DNA of 64,000 nucleotides, taken from Eledone cirrhosa. Lineage: Eukaryota. Numbering within the stretch: position 1 is the first letter of the stretch; each line of letters starts with the position of its first letter. The stretch spans positions 320,044,001-320,108,000 of the forward strand of contig OZ024740.1 in NCBI GenBank assembly GCA_964016885.1, read 5' to 3'. The notes under the pieces were generated by a model. That model saw only the letters and a list, made by a program, of their open reading frames with translations, did no database searches and was not told the DNA's origin. A program made the translations under genes and the position numbers. Positions 27,636 through 40,375 of the stretch are shown here, piece by piece.

Positions 27636-27955
27636 AATGCTGGAGATGATGGTGGTGGTGGTGGTGGTGACAGCGGCGGCAGAGTTGGCGGCGGTGATGG
27701 CGGTATGATTGGATGTGAATATTACATCAAGGACACGCCGTATATAATACCCATTGTACTATGGCGTCAACGGGCAAATGTGAGCGCCAATTCCACCAGG
27801 ATTTCTTCACATTTTTATTCTCTTTCATATGACTATACATTGTATTATTAACACGTTACACTTTGTTTCGAATATAACACACTTACTCACTCACACACAC
27901 GCGCGCATGCGAGCACGCGCATGCACACTCACACTCACATACACAAACACATATG

Positions 27956-28002
<47 letters not shown>

Positions 28003-28094
28003 TTCTTTAGGTCGTTTTGGAAGCCTCAACAATGCAGATGGGTAATTCTCCTGGTAACAAGATCCGGTGGTGAAGAGAGAGATGTAGATGGGTG

Positions 28095-28147
<53 letters not shown>

Positions 28148-28163
28148 GCATATATATATATAC

Positions 28164-28238
<75 letters not shown>

Positions 28239-28260
28239 CAACATGACCCTCCCAAACTAT

Positions 28261-28337
<77 letters not shown>

Positions 28338-28378
28338 TATATATATATATACTGACATATATATATATATATATATAT

Positions 28379-28525
28379 AGGAAAAAGTATGACCCCGACG
28401 GCAGAGCTCAAGCCGTTTCGGCGGCTATTTCTGGACTAATATCCTATTTCCCACTCTACTACTCTAAGTATTGAGTACTCTGGTGCGTTATGGGCCATCT
28501 GGTTCCTTACCACATTTCCTTTGTT
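28379..28525 (+). mobile_element. Second copy of the 23264-23458 fold-back family, one arm deleted
   Basis: gaccccgacggcagagctcaagccgtttc joined to tcctatttcccactctactact..gtattgagtactctggtgcgttatgg. Confidence 0.65.
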
Positions 28526-28541
28526 ATATATATATATATAT

Positions 28542-28929
28542 ATGGTGGCTGCCAACTCGTTTTCGAGTACGGCCACTACTTTATATCCATGTAGGAGAAC
28601 CCCTACCGATGCGCTGAACGAGTGTGACTTTTTAGTCCAGCCAGCGACTTGAAAACTCTGGTACAAACACTACACTTGTGACAATTACTGACACATAGTG
28701 CTGGGCCCATGGTACCATGTGACGACAAGTGCAGAGAGATCTCCAGATATAAAGCAATGCCTGTGGCGTGAAGCTTTTATAGTGAGCAAAGGCACTGCAC
28801 AAAGCCAGTCCCACTCTCTTAACCAAGATGATATTTACCAAAAAGAAGAACAAGTCAACATCATTGGATACCATCAGGGTTGCAGGTGTTATATCAGAGT
28901 TTTCCTTCTCCTAGAATTCTGCCTTGACA
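28542..28929 (-). mobile_element. Non-autonomous RTE-derived element, copy 2 (5'-truncated)
   Basis: Minus strand encodes [25 protein letters not shown]; same 3' end as the other copies. Confidence 0.85.
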
Positions 28930-28943
28930 GAATATATACATAC

Positions 28944-29027
<84 letters not shown>

Positions 29028-29048
29028 ATATATATATATATATATACA

Positions 29049-29114
<66 letters not shown>

Positions 29115-29445
29115 TTACTATATATATATATATATACTACCATTGAACCCGGAAAAATAATGGGAACGCTATAGTAAAACATATTTTATTTAATAATTCT
29201 TTGATTATAACGTACTATGTAAAAATGATTGAATCCATCATGTTTTTTGTTTACCCTTTGTCCCAATTGTCAGCCAGCCATCGCCATATTTCATTTCACA
29301 TTGACTTACAATAAGTTTCTTCAGCATTTCCATTAATAATTACCAAACATGTATACACAAAATTACAGTGACTTTGTTCTACATTCCTACCTACATTCAT
29401 ACATAAAAACAAGCATGGATATATATATATACATACATACATATA

Positions 29446-29622
29446 TGTTTCTACTTTAGGCACAAGGCCAGCAATAACCCAGTTCATTACTGGTACTTTA
29501 TTTTATCGACCCCGTAAGGATGAAAGGCAAAGTCAACCTCGGCGGGATTTGAACTCAGATCGTAAAGGGACGTAAGTATGCTGGAAAGCATGGCGTCCGA
29601 CCCTCTACCGATACTGCCAATC
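29446..29622 (-). mobile_element. tRNA-derived SINE family A
   Basis: Matches the family consensus; box B gagttcaaatccc on the minus strand. Confidence 0.85.
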
Positions 29623-29661
29623 CATACATACATATACATACATAGATACATACATACATAC

Positions 29662-29975
29662 ATGATGGCTGCCGCCTCGTTATCGAGTATGGCCATTGCG
29701 CGATATACCATTATTGATAATTATCAATTAATGCTATCGTGCAATGCTTGTGTGTGAAGATATTTTTTAAAGTGGGGAAAGACTGTGCACTGAGCCAATC
29801 CCACTCTCTGAGCGACAGTAGCTATAACCCGAAAAGAAGAAAAGATCAACATCATTGGTAACTACTGAGCCGCAGGTTTTATATCGGAGTTATCCCAGTT
29901 TCCTGAGTTGCCTTCTCCTAGAAGAATGTACTGACAAAGGCTAGGGGTCCTTCACTCCCAGTGGTTTGACCGCGC
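29662..29975 (-). mobile_element. Diverged relative of the RTE-derived non-autonomous family
   Basis: atgatggctgccgcctcgttatcgagtatggcca terminus and aaagaaga..tcaacatcattgg..ccttctcctagaa..gacaaaggcta blocks. Confidence 0.65.
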
Positions 29976-30110
29976 GACCGGGTATCTAGCTCGATTATTT
30001 CTATGTCCCCGCGCATATACGTAGACATGTATACATGTATATACAAATATACACACACACACACACATACACACACACACATATATATATATATATACAT
30101 ATTTACACAT

Positions 30111-30300
30111 TTTTGGATGGCCGTTGGCTCTTATGAATTCTTCTGCCCTTTGTCAGGTTTTGTTTTTTGTCCTGCAGGGTGTCCAAAATCACCCTCCTCA
30201 CCAAGTAAACTTGGTGGGGTTGCCGGTTAAGTCGCCGACGACCCGACCATGCGACGGGTTGTATTGGGTTACATGTTACCAGTAGCACTCAAGAGTGACA
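30111..30300 (-). mobile_element. 5' portion of an RTE-derived element (diverged)
   Basis: Aligns with 43480-43670. Confidence 0.7.
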
Positions 30301-30453
30301 TACGTACATATATATATATACATACATATATACATATACGTACATACACACACATACCTACATATATACATACATACATATAAGCATATCTTACTACTTA
30401 TCTACGTAACTAATTATTTATCTTTCTAACTATGACTCGCTCTATATATATAT

Positions 30454-30541
<88 letters not shown>

Positions 30542-30620
30542 CGTGTGTGTGTGTAACTATCTATCTATCTGCCTATCTCACTATTTATCTGTCTATCTAT
30601 CTATATAAGGCTCATCAGAC

Positions 30621-30715
<95 letters not shown>

Positions 30716-30750
30716 AATATATATAGAGAGACAGATAAATATATATATCA

Positions 30751-30836
30751 GGATCTGACGAGCCGCGGATTACAGAGTCTAGCTAGATCGATACAGATCG
30801 AACCTTGAGGTGATCGGTGGCGAAACGCGCGTCACC
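30751..30836 (+). ncRNA. Hammerhead ribozyme (type I, extended stem II)
   Basis: CTGACGA (30755), stem II gccgc-g-gattac / gtgatc-g-gtggc, GAAACGCGCGTC (30822-30833), AATAAA at 30841. Confidence 0.75.
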
Positions 30837-30848
30837 AAACAATAAACG

Positions 30849-31013
<165 letters not shown>

Positions 31014-31020
31014 GTGTATG

Positions 31021-34000
31021 TTCTTCTGGTTTTATAATTTCACAAAGAGAGTCGGTTTCTAACATAGACACAAGACTGGAATTTACACATCAACTAGGTA
31101 GATATGTATGTATGCATGTCTACATGTGTAGATATGGATGTTATTGTATGTGTGGATGTGTATGTTTTGAGTTGTATGTGTGCATGTGTATATGCTTTGT
31201 ATCTGTACATGTGTATATGCAGTTATTAGATGCAAAATTTTTGGAATGTTTTACATATTTTTACTGTTCCATTAATGGATTGTACTTGTAGTTTCCTAAC
31301 TAGTTGCGTTCTTTCTGTTCCTGTGAAGCCTAGCTTCTCAAGATTTGTATTGAGGCAGTTACTAACATATCCCAGTGCCCCAATAATCACAGGTATAAAT
31401 CTGAAGGTGTAATCAGGGTGGAGTATCTGCAGATTTCTCATCAGTTCTGCATAAATATTCTCCTTTTCACTAATCTTTGATATTATATTGGCATCTGCTG
31501 GGTAGCTAATTTCCAGTACTGTGCATGTTTTCTTCTCCCTGTCCCATATCATAATATCTAGTCTGTTATGCCTGCATTTTATTGGGGTTTTTACTGGAAC
31601 ATTCCACCAGTACTCTTTCATATTATGTACATAGATGTCTTCCACATTGTTGTAGCTTTTAATGTGTTTATTATCGGGGCTATCTTTTTTACGAACTGCA
31701 TTGTACAGTGTTTTGGCCACTACATCTTGCCTCATAAGTAGATAGTACCACGATGACATCTTTGGGCAGCTGCTGATGACATGAGTGATATCCTCGATGT
31801 TAGTTCTGCAGGGTCTACACTTGTTATCACATCTAGGTGTTTTGCCTGCATCCCTATCTCTTTTGTGAATCATATATTTCGTGCTAATCTCCTGTTCTTG
31901 GATTGCAAAAGCGTATCCTTCAAAGTGGGAGCCAATATAGCGGTTCTTGGTCCAAGATAGACTACTTTCCTTATCTATATTACTCTCACTCTGGAGCTTC
32001 CTGGCAACATATACATGCATGATTTTTTGCTGATAGGCATGCAGTTTTTCATCCATGAATTCACTGCGATACTGCTGAGCGACATCCCTGGGTGTGAGTT
32101 TTTGATTATCACACAGGGAATATCTCTCAAGGAGTTCCTTCCCAACTCTCATGATCTTATCTGTTTCATGCAGATAGACTTGCTCGAGAAGCGGGCTCCT
32201 ACGCTTCGAGGTTCGTAGATGTCGGAGAGATATGATGTGACATTCAAATGTTGTCTGGACTGATGTTAGGCCTCTGCCTCCCTGCTTACGTTTCAAGTAA
32301 AGGCGGTTTATGTCACTGTTGATGTGGAAGTTTCCGGTGTTGTTCAGTATTTTTCGAGTTCCAACATCAACTGCTCGGATTTCGTGTATTGTCCAATTGA
32401 GTATTCCAAACGTTGGTGTTAGGACAGGCACATCAAACACATTGTGAGCCACTGTTTTGTTTTGCGCAGAGAGTTCCGATGACCAGATCTTTCTTAATCG
32501 GGTGTAGTATTCTTTGGTTACACGTGCTTTATTACAGATACCATTATAGGATATGTTCTCATCTATCCCCAGGTATCTGTAGCAGTCCTCATCAGATATC
32601 GGTGAAACAGTTACACCATTGATGACAATGTTGTTAGATTGGGTTGTTGTTTTTCCCCGCTTTACAGTCATGTATGAGCATTTCTCTTGGCCAAACTCCA
32701 TTTCTATATCCTTTGAGAACGTTGTAACCAGGTCAAGATTTTTCTTCATCCCATCCATGTTCTTGGCATAGAGTTTCAGATCGTCCACAAAGAAGTTATG
32801 GGTTAGGTTCGTATTTCTGTCCTCCTGTGAGCCAATGATGTATCCCTCACATTTCTTGAGCAGAAAGGACAAGGGATTTAATGACAAGATGAATAATATC
32901 ACAGAGAGACTGTCCCCCTGAAATATACCCCTGCAATATTTTATTTTATCAGTGAAAATAGAGTCCTCCCTCTCTGTCCTTAACTTTAGGATAATAGCCC
33001 AAGAAGAAGACAGCCTCTCTATGGCTCTGACAATAATGTCTGGGACTTTAGCAAGTTGGAGGGCCTCTATCATCCAAGAGTGGGGAACAGAATCGAAAGC
33101 TTTCCTGTAGTCCAGCCAGACTGTAGTCATATTCCTCTTAAGTTGTCGCACCTCCGACATCGCAGTTTTGTTGATTAGGAGTTGTTCAGCACATCTCCAA
33201 ACCCTTTTCTTTCCAGTTGCTTGTTCATCTGTGATGATGTAATTATTTTCACAGTGATCTTGGAGGAATAGGTTCAGGCAGGCTGTATACTTCTTATACA
33301 TCAGGTTCTGGCATGCAATGGGTCGGTAGTTTTTTGCCGAATGGGTGTCTTTGTTCTTGGGGACCAGTAATGTTTGTGCTAATGTCAACCATTCTGGTAT
33401 AAGTGTATCTCCCTTAAGAATTTGTTGGTAGAGGTCAGTAAGATACCTCCGATAGAATATCAGTTTTTTGTCCCAGTAGCCGACAATCATGTCTCTTCCT
33501 GGTGTTTTCTTATCTTGGAGTTTTCCTATCATAGTCTCAGGGTTACCCTCACTTATTTCGTATGTTTTTGTTGTAGTGTAGGAGCAATAGTTCTTTCGGA
33601 TTTCTCTTAGCCACACTGCATCTTGGTTGAAATTCTTCTTTTCACCCCATATTTTTCTCCAAAATGAATCTATGTCTTTCTGGGATGGGGCCTCAGTGAC
33701 ACTTATTATTTTGCCCTTCATATCTCTATAGACTGATGTTTGGTTTCGTCTGAATCTTTTATTAAGCATTTTTCTCTCTTCTACCTTCTTCAGGTATCGG
33801 CGTTTTTCGCTAACAGCTCTCAATTCTTGTTTGGGGGTGATCAGCTTATATTGGAGAGTTCTGGTTCTACTGTTACCAAACATCGTCTCTATTTTATTTT
33901 TCACTCTTTGTTGGTGAGGAGTGAGGTTTTTTTGTGTTTGTTTGCATGTAAGGAGCATTATCACATGTCCTATGTTTTTTCGTAGGTCAGCACTCTTTTT

Positions 34001-34432
34001 TTCTATTTTAGTTATATATGATGGTATTTTTGGTGGTGTTTTGTTCTTGTTAATATCTCTGCTATCACCAAGATAATGCTTCACTGTCATTGCTAAGGCA
34101 TATAAACAGGCGTTGATTTGCCAAAATGTTGGGGTTTTTATCCGTCGTAAATATTCATCCCCTATTTCGTCAATAACACGTAGTATTTCATTATTTGTTT
34201 TTTTATTCATAATTGTCATTTTAACACGTTCAGCAAGAGAGATATTTATACATGAGTTAATTTCTCTCTGGAAGATTTCGTTGAGGGAAATTTTCAATTG
34301 TTTATACTTTTGATTATCATTATCGATAGTATTTTCCACAACAGTCGAGGTAGACTCGGATGGTATACGTGGTGTCACATTTATTCGATTATTATTATTA
34401 TTTCTTATTCGATTATTATTATTATTTCTTAA
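31021..34432 (-). mobile_element. R4/Dong-clade non-LTR retrotransposon inserted in microsatellite
   Basis: Single long ORF plus about 200 bp of 3' UTR, bounded by (CA)n/(TA)n tracts on both sides. Confidence 0.92.
31226..34378 (-). CDS. R4/Dong-type polyprotein: reverse transcriptase, CCHC zinc knuckle, restriction-like endonuclease (start codon uncertain)
   Basis: KTPGRD, NYRPIAC, WLDYRKAFDSVPHSW, GIFQGDSLS, FFVDDLKLY, YRYLG, GGRGL; CRPCx8HVISSC; RQDVVAK; HNRLDIMIWD..LEISYP..KENIY. Confidence 0.93.
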   Translation of the reverse strand: MTPRIPSESTSTVVENTIDNDNQKYKQLKISLNEIFQREINSCINISLAERVKMTIMNKKTNNEILRVIDEIGDEYLRRIKTPTFWQINACLYALAMTVKHYLGDSRDINKNKTPPKIPSYITKIEKKSADLRKNIGHVIMLLTCKQTQKNLTPHQQRVKNKIETMFGNSRTRTLQYKLITPKQELRAVSEKRRYLKKVEERKMLNKRFRRNQTSVYRDMKGKIISVTEAPSQKDIDSFWRKIWGEKKNFNQDAVWLREIRKNYCSYTTTKTYEISEGNPETMIGKLQDKKTPGRDMIVGYWDKKLIFYRRYLTDLYQQILKGDTLIPEWLTLAQTLLVPKNKDTHSAKNYRPIACQNLMYKKYTACLNLFLQDHCENNYIITDEQATGKKRVWRCAEQLLINKTAMSEVRQLKRNMTTVWLDYRKAFDSVPHSWMIEALQLAKVPDIIVRAIERLSSSWAIILKLRTEREDSIFTDKIKYCRGIFQGDSLSVILFILSLNPLSFLLKKCEGYIIGSQEDRNTNLTHNFFVDDLKLYAKNMDGMKKNLDLVTTFSKDIEMEFGQEKCSYMTVKRGKTTTQSNNIVINGVTVSPISDEDCYRYLGIDENISYNGICNKARVTKEYYTRLRKIWSSELSAQNKTVAHNVFDVPVLTPTFGILNWTIHEIRAVDVGTRKILNNTGNFHINSDINRLYLKRKQGGRGLTSVQTTFECHIISLRHLRTSKRRSPLLEQVYLHETDKIMRVGKELLERYSLCDNQKLTPRDVAQQYRSEFMDEKLHAYQQKIMHVYVARKLQSESNIDKESSLSWTKNRYIGSHFEGYAFAIQEQEISTKYMIHKRDRDAGKTPRCDNKCRPCRTNIEDITHVISSCPKMSSWYYLLMRQDVVAKTLYNAVRKKDSPDNKHIKSYNNVEDIYVHNMKEYWWNVPVKTPIKCRHNRLDIMIWDREKKTCTVLEISYPADANIISKISEKENIYAELMRNLQILHPDYTFRFIPVIIGALGYVSNCLNTNLEKLGFTGTERTQLVRKLQVQSINGTVKICKTFQKFCI

Positions 34433-34441
34433 GCGTAATTT

Positions 34442-34556
<115 letters not shown>

Positions 34557-34660
34557 ATGTATGTATGTATGTATGTATGTATCTATGTATGTATGTATGT
34601 ATAGTTGAAAGATGAACGAAACAGAGGAGGCGATTTTTTATATGTATATATATATATATA

Positions 34661-34748
<88 letters not shown>

Positions 34749-34931
34749 AAGACGGGAGTTGTTCTTATCGCCCAAAGATATATACATAGCTGCTTTGACT
34801 ACAGACCATGTTGTCAACAAAGTATGTGTGAAAGGAGAGCGATAGGTAGGAAGGAAGAAAAATATTAAAGGACTGTTTCCCAAACAAATCTAGCACAAAG
34901 GGGTTGTAACACGTGACTATTGCGTTCTCTT

Positions 34932-35001
<70 letters not shown>

Positions 35002-35039
35002 GTATATATACATCATATATATATATACATATATATTGT

Positions 35040-35106
35040 TCTCCGGTTTGTTTCCGTTCGTGGACTTGTCCTCTCTTTGTTAATTTTCTTATGTGTTTAT
35101 ATGTAT

Positions 35107-35164
<58 letters not shown>

Positions 35165-35310
35165 ACATAAGAAAATTAAGAAAGAGAGGACAAGTCAACA
35201 GACGGAAACAAAACAAACCGAATATATATAGAGGAGATGAATAAATTGGGTAAAATGCGAAGACGCTCGATATATTAACCCCTTAGGAAAGGGCACGTAC
35301 CATTTCTTTT
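35040..35310 (+). mobile_element. Inverted-repeat module around a (TA)n tract, probable PLE pLTR remnant
   Basis: Arms near 35044-35102 and 35157-35220, followed by GAATATATATA-gaggaga..aataaa. Confidence 0.45.
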
Positions 35311-35736
35311 TTATTATATATATACAGTGGCAGTGGAATTGGGATGGGATGGGCACATTCCCCCTCCAATAATTATATTTTCTCCCCAAACTACCAAAAC
35401 ACACATCTATCTGGATATGCGCTACAATTTATGTACATATGTTTATCGCATATCCAAGATTTCTGAACATTTTAGAGAACAAAGAGCTAAACTAATCACT
35501 ACAGCTAAATTGCCCAAATTTGGCACCCCAATTTCAAGTGTACCAAAAATACTGGTACGCTATCATCAGATAAAATACGAAGTGTGTTTTATAAATTTTG
35601 ACATAACCAAGGAGAATATATCTTAACGGTTCAAGTTATCTTTGGATAGTGAACATTATTAAGATGAGTATGCAAATAATCAGTTAAAAACATTTATATT
35701 TGTTGAATTACCAACAAATTGAATATCCCTCCTGCT

Positions 35737-35784
<48 letters not shown>

Positions 35785-35967
35785 TAATAAAATCAATGAA
35801 ATAAAAACAAAGAACAAGTTCCTTATATTAAAAAAATCCTCATTTACGCTCGTTTCTGGGATGCATATGTGTGCTGGTATGTATATCATATAGATCTATG
35901 TAAAACTATTACAAATTATCAGAGGAAATATACATACATTCACATATACACGCCGTCCTCATTTCTG

Positions 35968-36968
35968 AAAAAAGCAAGCATGGACTAAATTCCAAGACAT
36001 TGAAAAAATCACTGCCTACTTGGTCGGTGGCAAATTCAAAAGAATCAATCACGTGACATCGAGGTTAATCAGTGAGGAGTGGGTGTTAAAAGTCCACGCT
36101 TAGTCCACGCTTGCTTTTTTCCATCCACTGAATTAATTTTGTATAAGTTCCCTGTGCCCACGCATCGCCAGGTATCTTACCTGGGAACAGACTTCCTGGT
36201 GACGAAACGGCTTCTCCATGCTTTCTATTTGGAAACCATGTTTATTCCCTTTCAGAAACTAATTAGTTGGAGTGAAATTTTAGTAAGTAAGTTAATTTTT
36301 AAAATTTTCTTATCTTACGTCATTCATATAATTGTTCTGCATCCCCTTGCATTGAATCACAAAGTTACTAAGACAAAACCTATATATTTGCTAGCATAGG
36401 TATGCATCTGTATATATATGTTGGTAGATATACTAATTCGTTATAATTATCTCCAAATTATTTTGTTGAGCAAAAATTTGCCAAAACTGCTACTATAGTT
36501 CATAGTAGTGGCTTGGCTACTGTCTTTTTAACACCCCACTCCTCACTGATTAACCTCGATGTCACGTGATTGATTCTTTAGAATTTGCCACCGACCAAGT
36601 AGGCAGTGATTTTTTCAATGTCTTGGAATTTAGTCCACGCTTGCTTTTTTCCATCCACTGAATTAATTTTGTATAAGTTCCCTGTGTCCACGCATCGCCA
36701 GGTATCTTAGCTGAGAACAGACTTCCTGATGACGAAACGGCTTCTCCATTATTTCCATTTGGAAACCATGTTTATTCCCTTTCAGAAACTAATTAGTTGG
36801 AGTGAAATTTTAGTAAGTAAGTTAATTTTTAAAATTTTCTTAGTTTACGTCATTCATATAATTGTTCTGCATCCCCTTACATTGAACCACAAAGTTACTA
36901 AGACAAAACCTATATATTTGCTAGCATAGGTATGCATCTGTATATATATGTTGGTAGATATACTAATT

Positions 36969-36969
<1 letters not shown>
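35968..36969. repeat. Combined inverted + direct duplication
   Basis: About 35968-36091 is the reverse complement of about 36523-36650; 36100-36439 is a direct repeat of 36630-36969. Confidence 0.9.
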
Positions 36970-37053
<84 letters not shown>

Positions 37054-37056
<3 letters not shown>

Positions 37057-37108
37057 CAAAAACCAATATCATCATGGGATGATATTTGCGTTCTCATCAG
37101 ATAAAATA
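37054..37108 (-). ncRNA. Hammerhead motif truncated at a (TA)n tract
   Basis: Minus strand: tattttat-CTGATGA-gaac..aatatcatc/gatgatatt..gttt-GAA, then the TA run. Confidence 0.5.
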
Positions 37109-37649
37109 GGGAGACATGATATGAAGCTTAAAAAAACACTTGCGAGCAGTGAATTGTTAAATCAACATATGAAAAATAAAATAAAATGGATATATGAGAT
37201 TGGAAAAAAGGAAAGGAAGGGGGAAAGGTAAGGAAGAGGAAGAAAGAATATAGATAGAAGAAAAAAATATAATAAAGAAAGGATGACGGAGGAGGAGTAT
37301 AAGAAGGAAGGATGAGAGAGGAGGAGAAAATGAGTGAGAGAGAGAGAGATAACCTTTAATACTGAGAAACACTGTCTCACAGAGAAAAATAATAAAAAAC
37401 CGTTGTAAGATAATACATAATTTAAAAAAAATAAGAAATTAAATGTTAATGAGGTTTATGAATGGTGATGCTTATGATTAAAGAAAAAGGAATTAAGAAT
37501 ACTATTTATTTATGGTTTATATATTGAAGGGTTTAATAAAATGTGCGAAAAGGAATTTATTAAAATGTATTATTAAAATAAAATTTATTAAGAAGATAAG
37601 GTGAATGAAGATAAGGTTAAATGAATTATGAACTTATATATATATATAT

Positions 37650-38044
37650 ATGGTGGCTGCCAACTCGTTTTCGAGTACGGCCACTACTTTATATCCATGT
37701 AGGAGAACCCCTACCGATGCGCTGAACGAATGTGACTTTTTAGTCCAGCCAGCGACTTGAAAACTCTGGTACAAACACTACACTTGTGACAATTACTGAC
37801 ACATAGTGCTGGGCCCATGGTACCATGTGACGACAAGTGCAGAGAGATCTCCAGATATAAAACAATTCCTGTGCCGTGAAGCTTTTATAGTGAGCAAAGG
37901 AACTGCACAAAGCCAGTCCCACTCTCTTAACCAAGATGATATTTACCAAAAAGAAGAACAAGTCAACATCATTGGATACCATCAGGGTTGCAGGTGTTAT
38001 ATAAGAGTTTTCCTTCTCCTAGAATTCTGCCTTGACAAAGGCTA
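37650..38044 (-). mobile_element. Non-autonomous RTE-derived element, copy 3
   Basis: Near-identical to copies 1, 2 and 4; flanked by (TA)n. Confidence 0.85.
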
Positions 38045-38236
38045 ATATATATATATATACATACATACATACATACATACATACATACATACATACATAC
38101 ATACATACATACATACATACATACATACATACATACATACTCATTTCATTTACATTACATTAGATATATTACACATATACCATATATAAATGCTACATAT
38201 ATATAATATAGTATCTACGCACGTATATTATAATTA

Positions 38237-38545
38237 TTAGCAGAAAAACCACCCTTTTTTGCTAGCATGTGTAGTGTGTATATTGATATTATACGCAAGT
38301 ATATATACATGTAGATATGATACATCAAATAAAATGGTAGTTGACAATAAAAACAGAAATTGAACGAAGACGTTGTTACACTGTCTTATGTAATCAGTAA
38401 CGTAATCCATGATACATTAAAAAAAGACGATATTATATATAAACTGCATTAGGAGAAAATTAGTGACAGAAAATTAGTATGTTTATTTAAGTGATCGCCA
38501 CCGGAAGTGTTGACATCAAACACTCTCTCTTTCTATATATATGGT
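38237..38545 (-). mobile_element. Decayed Helitron-type non-autonomous element
   Basis: tagcagaaaaaccacc..tttgctagca..tagtgtatattgatatt resembles 57214-57280. Confidence 0.45.
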
Positions 38546-38768
38546 AGTTGAAGTGGTGGTGGTGGCAACGATATACCGGAAGTGCAACTTTGAAAAGAGG
38601 TCAATTTAAAATTATTTATTTTTACGAAATTATTTTTGTTTACGAAATTTAGTAGATAAATTATGTAATTTTCATTCATTAATTTTTCAAAGTAATCCAA
38701 CTTATTTTACTAACGGGATAAAAAAAAACGTACGCAGTCCCGCAGACCTTCCTTTATTATAGTTTATA

Positions 38769-38966
38769 AGGGCAAGGGCGGTGGATTGGTAGTATTGGTA
38801 GAGGGTCGGACACCATGCTTTGATGCATAGAATTACGGCCCTTTCCAATCTGAGTTCAAATCCCGCCGAGGTTAACTTTGCTTTCATCCTTACGGGGTCG
38901 ATAAAATAAAGTACCAGTAATACAATGGGATAATTGCTGGCCTTGTGCCAAAATTAGAAACAATTA
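38769..38966 (+). mobile_element. tRNA-derived SINE family A
   Basis: Box A-like tggtagtattgg, box B gagttcaaatccc, conserved body. Confidence 0.88.
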
Positions 38967-39116
38967 TAGTTTAGATTTTATACCTATTTTTGTGCATAAC
39001 TGTGAATTTGATTTACTAGAAGTTACTTAGAACCTTTAAATTTTTAATTTGTAATTGTATAGATTGTACCGAGACATCTTAATTTTCATTTTCCTTCCTT
39101 TATTATTTAGGTAGTG

Positions 39117-39480
39117 TAGGGTGGTGAATTGGCAGAATCGCTAGAGCGTCAGACACCATACTTTGATGCATATATTTATGGTCCTGTACTTTCTGAGTTC
39201 AAATCCCGCCAAGGTTAGCTTTGCCTTTCGTCCTTTCTTTATTATCTAGGTAGTGTAGGGTGGTGGATTGGCAGAATCGCTTGAGCATCAGGACACCATG
39301 CTTTGCGGCATAGCGTTACGGTCCTTTACGTTCTGAGTTCAAATTCCGTCGAGGTTAGCTTTGCCTTTCATCATTACTAGTTCGATAAAATAAAGTACAA
39401 GTAATGCACTACGGTCGATTTAATCGACTTCCCCCTCCCCGAAAACTGTTGGCCTTGTGTCTAAAACAGAGATCATTATT
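39117..39480 (+). mobile_element. Tandem partial + full SINE family A
   Basis: 39117-39240 head duplicated before the full copy at 39257-39480. Confidence 0.85.
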
Positions 39481-39699
39481 TAGATAGTGTTAGGGAATCT
39501 TAATCTAAGTTTTAATGTGGGTTCCAATGTAATTGTTGTCCTGGCTAGGTATTTGTTATAACAATTCAGGTCCATTCATGGAATAAATTAATGGTAGTCG
39601 TAGTTTTGATTGTTATTATCAACTCCAACTCACCTCTAATCGAGCTGAACTATTCTATTGTCAATGATCTTCTATTTATTACGATTCTGTGTTTATATC

Positions 39700-40097
39700 A
39701 GTTATTATCCAATATGGTGGACTCAAGATGGATGAATAATGAAGATTTTACGGGCAAAACCAACCGGGAAGAGATCCAGAGATAGACCTCGAGCAAAACG
39801 GTTGGATAACATCTATGACCTTGACAGGTCTCGCTTGGGGATCCAGCTGAATCAGTTGTAGATAGTTGCTTCTGACAGGACCCGCTGGAAGGCGTGTTTG
39901 AGGACTCTACGCCTACAACCCTCTCAGGAGGAGGAGGAAGAAGAAGAAGAAGAAGAAGAAGAAGAAGAAGAAGAAGAAGAAGAAGAAGAAGAAGAAGAAG
40001 AAGAAGAAGAAGAAGAAGAAGAAGAAGAAGAAGAAGAAGAAGAAGAAGAAGAAGAAGAAGAAGAAGAAGAAGAAGAAGAAGAAGAAGAAGAAGAAGA
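39700..40097 (+). mobile_element. RTE (Expander-like) LINE 3' end with (GAA)n tail
   Basis: KILRAKPTGKRSRDRPRAKRLDNIYDLDRSRLGI..VASDRTRWKACLRTLRLQP, then about 53 GAA units (39938-40097). Confidence 0.75.
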
Positions 40098-40134
40098 TTT
40101 CTCTGCGCCCCATCTTTGGCAAGTCTTATTAACC

Positions 40135-40375
40135 ATAACCTTGGGTCGATTAATACCTCGTGAGTGAAACTGTGTAGACGGAAATTATTTGGGAGCCCGA
40201 CAGATGGACTGTACTTGCAATTCAAAGGGACAGCCTTGTTACACACTGTATTATGCTGAATCTCTCTGAGAACTACATTAAAGGTATACATACCTATGGA
40301 ATGCTCAGCCACTTACATGTTAATTTCAGGAGCAGGCTGTTCCGTTGAATGAACAACTGGAACCCTAATCGTTCT
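40135..40375 (+). mobile_element. SINE family B body
   Basis: gagaactacattaaaggtatacat..gttaatttcaggagcaggctgttccgttg..caactggaaccct. Confidence 0.75.

Noticed and set aside
39698-40312. Poly-L/R/E/F/S ORFs
   Set aside because: All arise from the (GAA)n tail of an RTE fragment.
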